DNA from: Fidelibacterota bacterium
Lineage (GTDB): Bacteria > Fidelibacterota > Marinisomatia > SCGC-AAA003-L08 > JACNLC01
Direction: 5' to 3'
Assembly: GCA_018657495.1 (NCBI GenBank)
Contig: JABHXA010000003.1
Coordinates: 146,937-210,936, forward strand
Length of the DNA stretch: 64,000 nt
Both the position numbers and the translations under genes were made by a program. Each line of letters opens with the position of its first letter. Positions within the stretch are counted from its first letter, which is position 1. Below the pieces are notes generated by a model. It was not told the DNA's origin. It saw only the letters and a program-made list of their open reading frames with translations, and searched no databases. Of the stretch, positions 20,994-31,800 are shown in pieces.

Positions 20994-21318
20994 ATATGAT
21001 TCTCCAAATTTATTATGGGTTATTTTAGTATGCCAAATAATACAAAATATTTCATGTTTATTTTCAGTATTTATATATTTATGGCCATTTCCTTGATTTG
21101 AAAATGAAAACGGCTATCGTATCCTGATATTTTAAACACCTATACATTGTAGAAAGATGATTCATTCTATCACAATTTTATATTCATTAATTAACAAATG
21201 TGTGTCTTGAATCTTAATTATCAACTAATTTTAGTATTAGGAATTTTATAGTAAAAGGTATTCCTGTTGGATTTCATATTACTTGAGTTCGACATGCATA
21301 TCATTCTTAAAAAGGTAA

Positions 21319-22113
21319 ATGATGGATATACAAATATTTCAAATTGATGCCTTTACGGACGATGTATTCAAAGGTAATCCTGCTGCCATCTGTCCTCTTG
21401 AATATTGGTTAAATGATGATATTTTACAATCCATCGCTTCTGAAAATAATTTATCTGAAACAGCCTTTTTTGTCAAAACTGATGAGATATATTATCTACG
21501 GTGGTTCACTCCCGCCACAGAAGTTGATCTTTGCGGTCATGCCACTCTGGCAACAGCATGGGTTCTGTTTAATATTTTTGATCACACAGGACCGATTGAT
21601 TTTCAAACCAGGAGTGGAAGACTTATGGTCTCTCAAAATCACGATTACCTTCAAATGGATTTTCCTATATCCCCGCCACAAAAATGCCAACCTCCTCGTG
21701 GATTATTATCCGCACTGGCAGTAGAGAGTGATACTGTTCTGTTCGCTGAGGATTATTTTGTTGTTTTAGAATCTGAAGAAGATGTTGCTAATGTTAATCC
21801 TGATTTTAATGCCTTAGCAAAAATATCAATGCGCGGCGTGGCGGTAACTGCACCGGGGAATCAAGTTGATTTTGTGTCGCGTTGGTTTGGTCCCGCTGTT
21901 GGTGTCAATGAGGATCCGGTAACTGGCTCTTCCCATACATCTCTTGCTCCATACTGGTCTGAGGTTCTTTGTAAGACAAAATTAACCGCCAAACAGATAT
22001 CTCGGCGAGGTGGTTTTCTCAAATGCGAATTAATCAAAGACCGGGTAATGATTTCAGGTAAGGCGGTGAAATTTATGCAGGGAATACTAAGCGTGGATGT
22101 TGGCGATGACTAA
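21319..22113 (+). CDS. PhzF family isomerase-fold protein
   Basis: 264 aa. Starts FQIDAFTDDVFKGNPAA and has ...LSETAF...RWFTP..EVDLCGHATLA, typical of PhzF/YddE. Confidence 0.85.
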   Translation: MMDIQIFQIDAFTDDVFKGNPAAICPLEYWLNDDILQSIASENNLSETAFFVKTDEIYYLRWFTPATEVDLCGHATLATAWVLFNIFDHTGPIDFQTRSGRLMVSQNHDYLQMDFPISPPQKCQPPRGLLSALAVESDTVLFAEDYFVVLESEEDVANVNPDFNALAKISMRGVAVTAPGNQVDFVSRWFGPAVGVNEDPVTGSSHTSLAPYWSEVLCKTKLTAKQISRRGGFLKCELIKDRVMISGKAVKFMQGILSVDVGDD

Positions 22114-23401
22114 TAATAGATATCCATCCTGGGGTAATTTTCCTGTTGAAAACAACGCTGGAATTTTTGAGCAAAAATCAACATCAGATCTCTTACCAAA
22201 ATCAAAGGGTAAAATTCTCGCCCGTGGCCTCGGCCGCAGTTATGGTGACTCCTGCCTGAACAATAATCATAATTTATTACTCACTCATCATCTCAATCAC
22301 ATAATTGACTTTGATGTAAGCTCTGGTGAAATCTGCTGTGAGTCTGGCGTGACATTTGAACAATTATTTGCCCTGATTATACCACAGGGCTGGTTTGCAC
22401 CAGTGACACCGGGGACCAAATTTATCACCGTTGGCGGAGCGGTTGCCAATGATGTCCATGGGAAAAACCACCATAATGCCGGCACATTCGGCCGCCATGT
22501 TAAAAGTCTTGAATTACTCAGGTCAGATGGCGAACGAATTACTTGCGCCCATGATCAGGACCCTGACTTATTAAAAGCAACAATTGGCGGATTGGGATTA
22601 ACGGGATTTATTCTCAATGTGACGTTTCAATTAAAAAAAAATGAATGTGCATTTATTGAAACTGAGATAAACTGTTTTAAAAATTTGGAAGAATTTTCAG
22701 CTCTTTCCCAAAGTCACAAAAATGATGAATACCTGGTTTCCTGGGTTGATAGTCTTGCTTCTGGAGAGCATCTCGGCCGAGGCGTATTCATCAGTGGTCA
22801 GCATGTGCATTCCAAAACCGATTACCGGAAATCATCAGGCTTGAAGCTGTCTGTGCCATTTTATTTCCCCTCCTGGACCCTGAACAAGTATACCGTCGCC
22901 ATATTTAATAAATTATATTTTGCCATGAACAAAAAACAACATGATAAACATATCAAACATTATGAACCATTTTTCTTTCCCCTTGACAATATCGGCAATT
23001 GGAACCGTATTTACGGACGAGGTGGATTTGTCCAATATCAATGTGTTCTACCCCATAGCACAGATCATCGCTCTTTTCTGGAAACTGTCTCCAGCTCAGG
23101 ATTTGGCTCATTTCTCAGTGTCCTAAAAACTTTTGGTGATTTTCCATCAGAAGGATTGCTGAGCTTTCCCATGCCAGGAATCACAATTGCTCTCGACTTT
23201 CCCGTAAGCCGTCAATTACTTTCATTTTTAGATGAACTGGATAAACTGGTAATGGCGGCAGGAGGTCGGGTTTATATCGCTAAAGATGCACGGATGTCTG
23301 CAGAAGCCTTTCATGCATTTTATCCCCAGGTTGAGCAATTTCAATCTTATCTGGATCCCGAATTCAGTTCAAGTTTCTGGCGTCGAGTGATGGGAGATTA
23401 A
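22097..23401 (+). CDS. FAD-dependent oxidase homologous to decaprenylphosphoryl-beta-D-ribose 2'-oxidase DprE1
   Basis: Collinear with M. tuberculosis DprE1 by eye: GLGRSYGDS, VGGAVANDVHGKNHH, WNRIYG, GFVQYQ, LSFPMPGITIALDFP and YIAKDARMSAE. Candidate starts at 22097 and 22106 both overlap the phzF-like stop. Confidence 0.85.
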   Translation: MLAMTNNRYPSWGNFPVENNAGIFEQKSTSDLLPKSKGKILARGLGRSYGDSCLNNNHNLLLTHHLNHIIDFDVSSGEICCESGVTFEQLFALIIPQGWFAPVTPGTKFITVGGAVANDVHGKNHHNAGTFGRHVKSLELLRSDGERITCAHDQDPDLLKATIGGLGLTGFILNVTFQLKKNECAFIETEINCFKNLEEFSALSQSHKNDEYLVSWVDSLASGEHLGRGVFISGQHVHSKTDYRKSSGLKLSVPFYFPSWTLNKYTVAIFNKLYFAMNKKQHDKHIKHYEPFFFPLDNIGNWNRIYGRGGFVQYQCVLPHSTDHRSFLETVSSSGFGSFLSVLKTFGDFPSEGLLSFPMPGITIALDFPVSRQLLSFLDELDKLVMAAGGRVYIAKDARMSAEAFHAFYPQVEQFQSYLDPEFSSSFWRRVMGD

Positions 23402-23433
23402 TTCATATTGTACCGCTTAAAATGAGTAAGTGA

Positions 23434-25203
23434 ATGATTGCCAAATTGATTAGAATGACTGGCTTTACCCAAATCCAATGGCGTATCTGGAACAAAAGAG
23501 ATGTTGCTATAACCACTCTATTTGGACTGGGCAGTGGTTTTCTCTATTATTTTTTAGCCCAGGACTATCAAACCATTGTCGGTTTTCATTTCGATGATAA
23601 TATTTATTTTGGTCTCGATCAACTTGATGCATTCGCCGGTTGGGTAACTAATCACAAAGGCATCCATCCTCTTCTATTATTTATCGTTGTTCCACTGAGC
23701 AACGTTTTGGCCTTTTTTACCGGTTCCTATGAATCTGGGTTGATGGTTTTCTGCGGCCTTATCGGAGGACTAACTTCCGCTGGATTCTATCTTTTACTCC
23801 GACTAATCCTCAGCCGGCATCCATCAATAATTTTAAACTCATTTTTCATATTATCGATGAATCAGTTATTCTTTGCTGCCCTGGCAGATACTTACGAATT
23901 GGTGGCACTTAGTCTCATTTTAACTTTTATTCTGATGATATTATGTCTAAAAAATCAAAAACTATATTTCCCCATTTGGTTAATTGCCGGATTGTTTGCA
24001 TTTAGTATTACCATAACCAGTTCCATCCAGGTGGCTATATGTTTCAGCATCGTTCTTTTTTCTTTAAAAGATCGTCAGCTTACAATAAAAACACTCATTG
24101 TCTTTCCAATAATTATGCTAATAGGAGGATTGGTATTAAGCCTGTTCCAGGCTTGGATTTTCCCGGGTGCCCAGCATTTCTTTCAACCTGATGTTTATGA
24201 TCATGAAATGCAATATGTAAAACCACTCATTCTTGCTCAACCCATCCTGACCTTAATCGAAATATTCAAATCAATTTTTATTTATAGTTTTATTGGGCAG
24301 GATCCGAAAATTGTCTCATTTAAACCAGGTATCCATGTGATGATGGTTTATTATAAGACAGTAGCAAATTTTGGTTGGTTTGGTATTCTTTCCATTGCTC
24401 TTTGGCTGACTCTTTTATTTCGTGGAATCGTCTTCAATTTAAAGGACAGGGCGAATCAATTGATATTTTGGGCTGCCGCTATCGGAACCCTATCAAATCT
24501 GATATTGTTTTCAATTTTTAACACAAAGGAAATATTTCTCTACTCGCCGCATTTTTCATTTATTACCATACTTCTTATGGTGCATCCACATGTATTCAAG
24601 GGCCGGCTGCCTTTGGCTGCAGGATGGATTTTAATCGTATTTCTTATTTTAAATAATTTCGGTGTACAAAGTAGGTTAATGGCCAAATACCGCGCTGAAG
24701 ATCATACCACTATTATTGATAAAGGCGATATGTGGCGATATTTCCCTGGAGTCGAAAATCCTGGAGAATCATGGGCCTCCCTGGAATTTGATGATAGTTT
24801 ATGGTTAGAAGGACCAAGCGGTTTTGGTTATGGAGATGGTGATGATGCTACCATATTGCCAGATATGCAGGGTAATTATAGTACACTTTATATTCGAAAA
24901 TCATTCAATATTCAAAGTCCTGCCAGTATATCAAAACTCATCATTGATCTGAAATATGATGATGGTTTCGTATTATATCTTAATGACAGTTTAGTCTTAA
25001 AAAAGTATTCCCCATCTGAATTAGGATTTAAAGGTTTGGCAACTGGTGACCATTCGGCAGATGTAACAGAACGATTTCTATGTTCATCATCTCATCTTTT
25101 TGAAGGTGAAAACATCATTGCTATCATGGTTTTAAATTGGGATATCAATAGTAGTGATCTCACGATGATTCCAATTTTACATATAAAAAATGATGAGGAT
25201 TGA
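23434..25203 (+). CDS. Polytopic membrane protein, GT-C glycosyltransferase-like, with C-terminal soluble beta-sandwich-like domain
   Basis: 589 aa with roughly 10-13 hydrophobic helices. An acidic FDDNIYFGLD motif sits in the first loop. A soluble tail of about 170 aa carries WRYFPG...GPSGFGYGDGDD...YIRKSF. The function is inferred, not recognised from a named family. Confidence 0.55.
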   Translation: MIAKLIRMTGFTQIQWRIWNKRDVAITTLFGLGSGFLYYFLAQDYQTIVGFHFDDNIYFGLDQLDAFAGWVTNHKGIHPLLLFIVVPLSNVLAFFTGSYESGLMVFCGLIGGLTSAGFYLLLRLILSRHPSIILNSFFILSMNQLFFAALADTYELVALSLILTFILMILCLKNQKLYFPIWLIAGLFAFSITITSSIQVAICFSIVLFSLKDRQLTIKTLIVFPIIMLIGGLVLSLFQAWIFPGAQHFFQPDVYDHEMQYVKPLILAQPILTLIEIFKSIFIYSFIGQDPKIVSFKPGIHVMMVYYKTVANFGWFGILSIALWLTLLFRGIVFNLKDRANQLIFWAAAIGTLSNLILFSIFNTKEIFLYSPHFSFITILLMVHPHVFKGRLPLAAGWILIVFLILNNFGVQSRLMAKYRAEDHTTIIDKGDMWRYFPGVENPGESWASLEFDDSLWLEGPSGFGYGDGDDATILPDMQGNYSTLYIRKSFNIQSPASISKLIIDLKYDDGFVLYLNDSLVLKKYSPSELGFKGLATGDHSADVTERFLCSSSHLFEGENIIAIMVLNWDINSSDLTMIPILHIKNDED

Positions 25204-25322
25204 GATACATATTTTAGATTATCAGTTTACCATTGTCATTTCAGGGTTAATAAAATTATTTGCTAATTGTATGATATGGTAATGGATATTGTCGTTAACT
25301 TGCTCTTACAAGGGATGCTTTT

Positions 25323-26762
25323 ATGACTTCAAACGCAAAACCAAAACTGCTGACGCTTCAAGATTGTGAAAATCTGGATATTCAGAAAATCCGTTCACTT
25401 TATAAGGATTATGTCAACCCGGGATTAGAAAATATTTTATACAGTTTTGGTGCAGGTGAAATGCTTGTCGATCATGCTGAAGGAGTATGGATGTTCACAA
25501 CTGACGGCAGGAAGATTCTGGATGTATCAGGGGGTATGGGTGTTTTGACTTTGGGACATAACCATCCGCGAATTTTAGCAGCCCGCATTCGCTATCAGCA
25601 GCAAAAACGTATGGAAGTTCATAAGTCAGTCTTTTCGGCATATCAGGCCGTGTTAAGTCATAATATTGCACAGCTGCTTCCCGGTGATCTGGATTACCCC
25701 TTCTTTTGTAATTCCGGTGCTGAAGCTGTTGAGGGAGCAATGAAGATTGCTTATAAATATCACCGCGGGAAACGAAAATATATTCTCCATGCCGATATTT
25801 CATTCCACGGCAAGCTTTTGGGTTCAGGCGGTATGACCAATACTCAGGAAAATAGCTTTAATTTTTTGACGATACCGGGGATTAAATCATTTGACTATCA
25901 GGACATTAACTCTGTAAAAAACCAGGTTGCGCAACTCCGCCAATCCAATGGAGATTCGGATGTTTACGCCATAATTATCGAACCCTTTAATGCGATTACA
26001 GTCACCAATGCCAGTGATGAATATTTAAGACAGCTTCGGCAAATATGTGATGATGAAGGGATTCTTCTCATTATCGATGAAGTGTATTGTGGATGGTGTA
26101 AAACGGGAAATTATTTTCGATTTATGGACTCCGATATTATACCTGACATTCTTACCACATCAAAATCAATGGGCGGTGGGAAATCATCTATTTCTGCTTA
26201 CATCACCCGTAAACCTATTTTGATGAAAGCGTATGGGGATGTAAATAATGCCACATTGCATACAACAACATACAATGGGTTCGGAGAAGAATGTGCCACT
26301 GCCATTGAAACAATTAACATCATGGTAGAAGACAATTATCCGTCAAAAAGCCGAGAGCTTGAAAAATTGGTAAAAGCAAAAAGTAAAGCACTCATGGCAA
26401 AATATCCTGATCAGATAGAAGAAATCCGCGGCGGCGGCGCCCTTTGGGGTATCTTTTTAAAGAAAAACGATGGAGCTTTTTCTGCTTTGCTTCAGAAACT
26501 ACCTGTGGATATTTTAAAGGATGGCAGTTTTGTGAATAAAATCGTTGTGGCCAGCGTTGTGGATTGGTTATTCCGTAAACATAATATTTTTACTTTTTTT
26601 AATAATAATAAAGATGTGGCTATTATGTTTGCCCCGTCGCTGATTATCAATAAGGAAGAGGTTGAAACTTTTTTTAATGCTTTGGATGAAGTATTTGATC
26701 GTAGCCTTATCAAAATCACCGGTGAATTTGTAAAGAATAAACTTCTAAAAGTGTGGAAATAA
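25323..26762 (+). CDS. Class III PLP-dependent aminotransferase
   Basis: 479 aa. Motifs GHNHP, NSGAEAVEGAMK, DEVYCGW and the PLP-Lys region TTSKSMGGG. Confidence 0.85.
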   Translation: MTSNAKPKLLTLQDCENLDIQKIRSLYKDYVNPGLENILYSFGAGEMLVDHAEGVWMFTTDGRKILDVSGGMGVLTLGHNHPRILAARIRYQQQKRMEVHKSVFSAYQAVLSHNIAQLLPGDLDYPFFCNSGAEAVEGAMKIAYKYHRGKRKYILHADISFHGKLLGSGGMTNTQENSFNFLTIPGIKSFDYQDINSVKNQVAQLRQSNGDSDVYAIIIEPFNAITVTNASDEYLRQLRQICDDEGILLIIDEVYCGWCKTGNYFRFMDSDIIPDILTTSKSMGGGKSSISAYITRKPILMKAYGDVNNATLHTTTYNGFGEECATAIETINIMVEDNYPSKSRELEKLVKAKSKALMAKYPDQIEEIRGGGALWGIFLKKNDGAFSALLQKLPVDILKDGSFVNKIVVASVVDWLFRKHNIFTFFNNNKDVAIMFAPSLIINKEEVETFFNALDEVFDRSLIKITGEFVKNKLLKVWK

Positions 26763-26847
26763 TGGTCATTGAGCTAAGCCGAAGTAACAACCATTACTAT
26801 CAATAAGATTTTATAAATTATCATACCATCAATTAGGAGGAGATACC

Positions 26848-27252
26848 ATGAAATGGAAAAGAACAAACTTCTCTACAGGGACAAAATGGGAACCAATCGC
26901 TGGATACAGTCGAGCCGTAAAAATTGGACCATTTATACATGTGTCCGGCACTACTTCCACAGATGAGGAAGGATTTATCCTTCACAAACATGACCCATAC
27001 CTTCAGACTATTCAATGCTTAAAGAATATTGAATCTATTCTTAAAAATGCAGATGTTTCTCTCAAAGATATTATTCGGACCCGTATTTATGTTACGAATA
27101 TCAATGATTGGGAAAAAATCGCCAAAGCCCATGCAGAATACTTCAAAGTTATCATGCCGGCAACCAGCATGGTTGAGGTAAGTGGACTAATTTCCCCGGA
27201 TATTGTCGTTGAAATTGAAGCTGAGGCCATAAAAGGAGATGATAATGATTGA
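26848..27252 (+). CDS. RidA/YjgF/RutC family reactive-intermediate deaminase-like protein
   Basis: 134 aa. Pattern YSRAVKIGPFIHVSG...RIYV...VEIEAEA. AGGAGG RBS upstream. Confidence 0.8.
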   Translation: MKWKRTNFSTGTKWEPIAGYSRAVKIGPFIHVSGTTSTDEEGFILHKHDPYLQTIQCLKNIESILKNADVSLKDIIRTRIYVTNINDWEKIAKAHAEYFKVIMPATSMVEVSGLISPDIVVEIEAEAIKGDDND

Positions 27253-27934
27253 TAATTCCCTACGTATATATGAACAAATTATGCTGCTCGCACTCAAAGA
27301 TACTGAAGGCACTATCACGCCCATGGTGAATTATCATTATGCTTTGGCAGGTGCTTTTGTTGCTGAATTGTTATTGACCAAAAGTATTAAAGTGGAAAAA
27401 TCAAAACATGGAAGTACTTTGATCCAATATGTAAGTGACAGCGAGACTGACGATGAGATCCTAAAAGAATGTATCCAAAAGATAAAAACCACTAAGAGAA
27501 ATTGTCGTATCGAGACCTGGGTGAGTAAATTTGCAAATTTCCATCATTTAAAACATCGGGTTGCTGAAAAACTGGTTGCCAGAGGTATACTAAAGGCAGA
27601 TGAAGACAAAGTATTGTTAATATTTAAACGAAAAATTTATCCTGAGATAAATAGCGAACCCGAACAAAAAATCGTTGAAAATATCCGCAAGGTTATTCTG
27701 TTTGATACTGTGGATGTTGACCCTGAAATGGTTATTCTTATTTCTATTGCAAAAAGTACTAACCTGTTAAAAACACTTTTTTCGAAATCAGAATTAAAAA
27801 CCTATAAGGATAGAATCGATCAGGTTATCAATGGTGAGGTTACTGGTAAAGCAGCAAAAGAAGCAATTGATGCAATGCAGGCGGCCGTTATGGTTGCAGT
27901 CATAATTCCCACTGTAATCACTACAACTTCTTAG
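27245..27934 (+). CDS. GPP34/GOLPH3 family protein
   Basis: N-terminal IYEQIMLLALKDTEGT and an all-helical pattern typical of bacterial GPP34 proteins. The gene overlaps the ridA-like stop. The ATG at 27245 is better spaced from GGAG than the track start at 27239. Confidence 0.6.
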   Translation: MIDNSLRIYEQIMLLALKDTEGTITPMVNYHYALAGAFVAELLLTKSIKVEKSKHGSTLIQYVSDSETDDEILKECIQKIKTTKRNCRIETWVSKFANFHHLKHRVAEKLVARGILKADEDKVLLIFKRKIYPEINSEPEQKIVENIRKVILFDTVDVDPEMVILISIAKSTNLLKTLFSKSELKTYKDRIDQVINGEVTGKAAKEAIDAMQAAVMVAVIIPTVITTTS

Positions 27935-28046
27935 TAAAATTCTTTTGAAGCATGAAATGCTCAGCAAATATCTTCATGATACCATAATTTAACAATGAAG
28001 TATGATATTCAATTCAGATCGATGGTTATAAATTGAAAGAGGAATC

Positions 28047-28673
28047 ATGACAATTCAAAAAGTCATCGTCATTACAGCCATAATATCTCTCATCGTATGC
28101 ATCAACTGCAGTGATGATCATTCAATATCTAATCCACCAATTAAGCAAACACCATTTTACCAACTAAGTCCGGATTCGGTAAATATCGCCATTTTATTGA
28201 TGGATTTTCAGACATATGAGTTTGAAGGAGGCTCTTTTTCACACTATCCTCTCTGCGTCAATTGCGATCTTGAAAGTCTACCTTTTGTTGCAACTTTCGG
28301 GGGATGGGATATGCACCCACTTTTGTTCCTTTATCCTCCTGAAAATGATACAATTTTTTTCGCATATTCAGTTTGGATGGGAACGGGTCGCATCCATATT
28401 CCAAATGAATTTGCCAGTCCTGAATCTTTTCCACCTACTCAATTTTCACAAGATAAACCTCAATCGTCCGAATATTTTAATTATTGGGGACAGAGCTCGC
28501 CGGATACGCTTGCAGAAACAGATACAGTGTGGACTGCAATCCAAAATCTTGATATTGTAAATGAATTTGCAAAAAAGACATATAGGGTAGGATTCTATCT
28601 TTATCGGCCCACTGAAGGTGTTTTCGATCCAAACCCTGCAAAATGGATTGTATTCCTCTATAGAAGAAACTGA
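28047..28673 (+). CDS. Hypothetical lipoprotein
   Basis: 208 aa with a signal and lipobox-like ...IISLIVCINCSDD. No recognisable family. Confidence 0.5.
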   Translation: MTIQKVIVITAIISLIVCINCSDDHSISNPPIKQTPFYQLSPDSVNIAILLMDFQTYEFEGGSFSHYPLCVNCDLESLPFVATFGGWDMHPLLFLYPPENDTIFFAYSVWMGTGRIHIPNEFASPESFPPTQFSQDKPQSSEYFNYWGQSSPDTLAETDTVWTAIQNLDIVNEFAKKTYRVGFYLYRPTEGVFDPNPAKWIVFLYRRN

Positions 28674-28890
28674 GTTTCTATGAACATTAATTCTTCATAT
28701 CAAATTTAGCATTTTAATTATTATCCAATACATCATAGCCAGAAACACACTGAAATAATTATTCTGATAATTCTCCTGTAATATCATTAAAAAATCAAAT
28801 AAATTTGCTAGATGGCTACCAACCGAATATAATAATGTATCGTCGATCCGTGACTTTGAGAATCAAATTGAACATCCGAAAGAATATTCA

Positions 28891-31800
28891 TTGAAAACCC
28901 TAAGTAACCTGGGTACAATTATTGTCCGCCGCACAATTTCCAGTGTGAATTACTTTTATTCTCACAACAGATTTATCCTATTCATTTTATTATCTTTTAC
29001 CTTATCGGCAGATAATGATGATCGTCTAAAAATCCTTCAGGCAGGATCTCTTGAAAGGATGGAAATGGAGGGTGAAAAAGTCCAGCAGTTTGTCGGGGAT
29101 GTAATTCTCCAGCGCGGTACAATGACGCTGTATACTGATAAGGCAATCCATTATCTAAATCGAAATGAATATCATTTACTTGGTTCGGTAAAACTGGTTG
29201 ATGAAACAGATACACTCTTGAGTAAATCCATGTTTTTTTATAATGACAGGGTCAATTATCTCAAAGCGATGGATGATATATTCTTTACGCAGGATAATCA
29301 GGTCATTACCTGTGATTCCCTTTTGTACTGGACTGAACTTGATTCCGGTCTGGCTATGGGTAATGTGATTATGATGTCCAAAATGGATACAATGACTGCC
29401 ACTACTTTTAATTATTGGAAAACGGATGGATACCGCGGTACTTCGTTTGTCACATCCGGTGGTACTAAAATCTATGAGGATGAAAAAGTCATTGTTGCTG
29501 AGAGCATTTCATATGACGACAACGAACAGTTCATGTCTCTCAATGTAGGCAGCAGTTTGGAAGAACCGGGAAAGGGAATCAGCGGAAACAATATTCATAT
29601 TCAATACAACGATAGTCTAATTCAATCCATTTTTGTTGACGGTCAAACTCATGCTTATCAGGATATGAATGCCATGTTGTATAGCGGTGATACGGGCTCT
29701 CATAAATTCACTGACAATATGAGTGCCAGTTATATGTCCTCTTTTTTTGAGGATGGTGAAATGTACGAATTGAATCTGATTGGGATGGCTACAACTAAAT
29801 ATAATGTGGTAAAAGATTCTCTCCTGCAGGGATTAAATAAAGCAACGGGAGATACCATTACTGTTTCTTTTGAAGATGGTGATATGAACCGTATTCAGGT
29901 ATTTGGCGGTGGACGCGGTGTTTTCGAACCGGAGGTGGCAAATTCCCGAATAGATTCCGTTATCACTTATCAGGCTGATTATCTGGATTATCATGTGGAT
30001 GAGCAAATTACCTACCTGGAGAATGATGCCTCAGTGGATTATCAGGGCACAAAATTATCCGCTGGTTTTATAAAATCCAATTGGAATACAGATATGCTTG
30101 ATGCCCGCTTGAAAGGAGATGTTTATCCGACCATAGACTCTCCCACCAGTGATCCTATGAGCGGTGATCAAATGGAATTTAATCTCCTGACTCATCACGG
30201 CCGTGTAACACTGGGAAAAACAAGGCTGAATCAGGGTTATTATTACGGGAAAGAAATTTTTCGTGATGACCCAAATATTTTCCATGTGACGAAAAGCCGG
30301 TATACCTCTTGTGATCTGGATAGACCGCATTTTCATCTCGCCAGTCGAAAAATGAAAATGATCACCGGAGACAAAGTGGTGGCAAGACCTATTATTCTTT
30401 CCATTTATGATATCCCTTTATTTGGGATTCCATTGGCTGTTTTTCCCAATAAGGGCGGTGAACGCCACAGCGGTTGGATTATGCCAAGTTTTGGTCATTC
30501 CAAATCTGCCGGCACTTATTTTCATGGACTTGGCTACTATTGGGCTCCCAATGATTATCTGGATGGAAAAGTTTTGTTTAACTTTCGGGATCAACAGGGT
30601 TTTGATGTAAAGGGAAAACTGAATTATGTCAAACGATATAAGTTTTCAGGAAATATTTCATCAGATATCTTTCGTAATGTTGACAGTAATGAGATCGCTG
30701 ATATTTTTAAGGATAATGTCTCCAAACAATGGCGAATCCACTGGAACCATAATCACCGGATAGACCCCACTCAGAATGTGATAATTGATGCTAATTATGT
30801 TTCTGATAATAAAATAAATCAGGATTACGGATATGACCTGAAAACTCGCCTTGAGCAAAGATTGCGATCGCAGGCGATTTATTCCAAACATTGGGCATCC
30901 ACCAAAAACAGCCTTTCTTTAACTTTATCAGAAGATTTTGATCTATTGGCAGCGGAAAGTCTACCATCTGAAAAATCGAAATCACCTGGAGATAAACTGA
31001 TTGAAAGAACCCGTACATTTCCTTCCATCAGTTTCAGTCACAGTCTGACGCAGGTTTTTGGTAATGGTCCAAAATGGTATAATTCTATCTACTGGCGTAT
31101 GTCCAGTCTTCTTACTGCCAGGCAGGCGGTAAACCTGGTGGCGGCGACGGATTCCACCTGGTTCCAGGACCGTACCTATGACCGCACTTATCAGGCCCGG
31201 CATAATTTTACACTTACTTCACCACAGAAAGTCAGCGGTTGGCTTACACTGTCACCGTCATTTAAATTGACCAGCGACTGGGTTTTTAAATACAGGAAAG
31301 CCCAATTAGATGAATCTGGTGCATTTGTGAAGGATAGTGTTACCAGTGTAATTGTTTATGACGAAATTGAAAAATTTCTTCCTCGTAATACTTTCACTTT
31401 ATCAATTTCTGCTAATACAAAGATGTATGGCACATTCCCGGTGCGGATTGGTAAATTGGATGCCATCCGCCATGTTATGACCCCCAATATTAGTTTTTCA
31501 TGGAAGCCTGATTTTTCGAAAAATGTGTTAGGCGCTGATCCTGGATATTTTCAAAGAGATGTGAATGGTGAAAAATTTGACAAATTTACCGGAAGCACCG
31601 CTGGTTCTACCAGTAGTCGCGAATCAAAAACTATTGGCTATTCACTTCGAAATGAGTTCCAGACTAAATATCTTATCAGTGAGGATACATATTCAAAGGA
31701 AACAATCGCCACCTGGAATATGAACGGGAGTTATAATGCCACTGCAGACAGTCTGAGATTTTCACCCATCAGTTCAGGTATCCGGGCCGGAATTCCAGGA

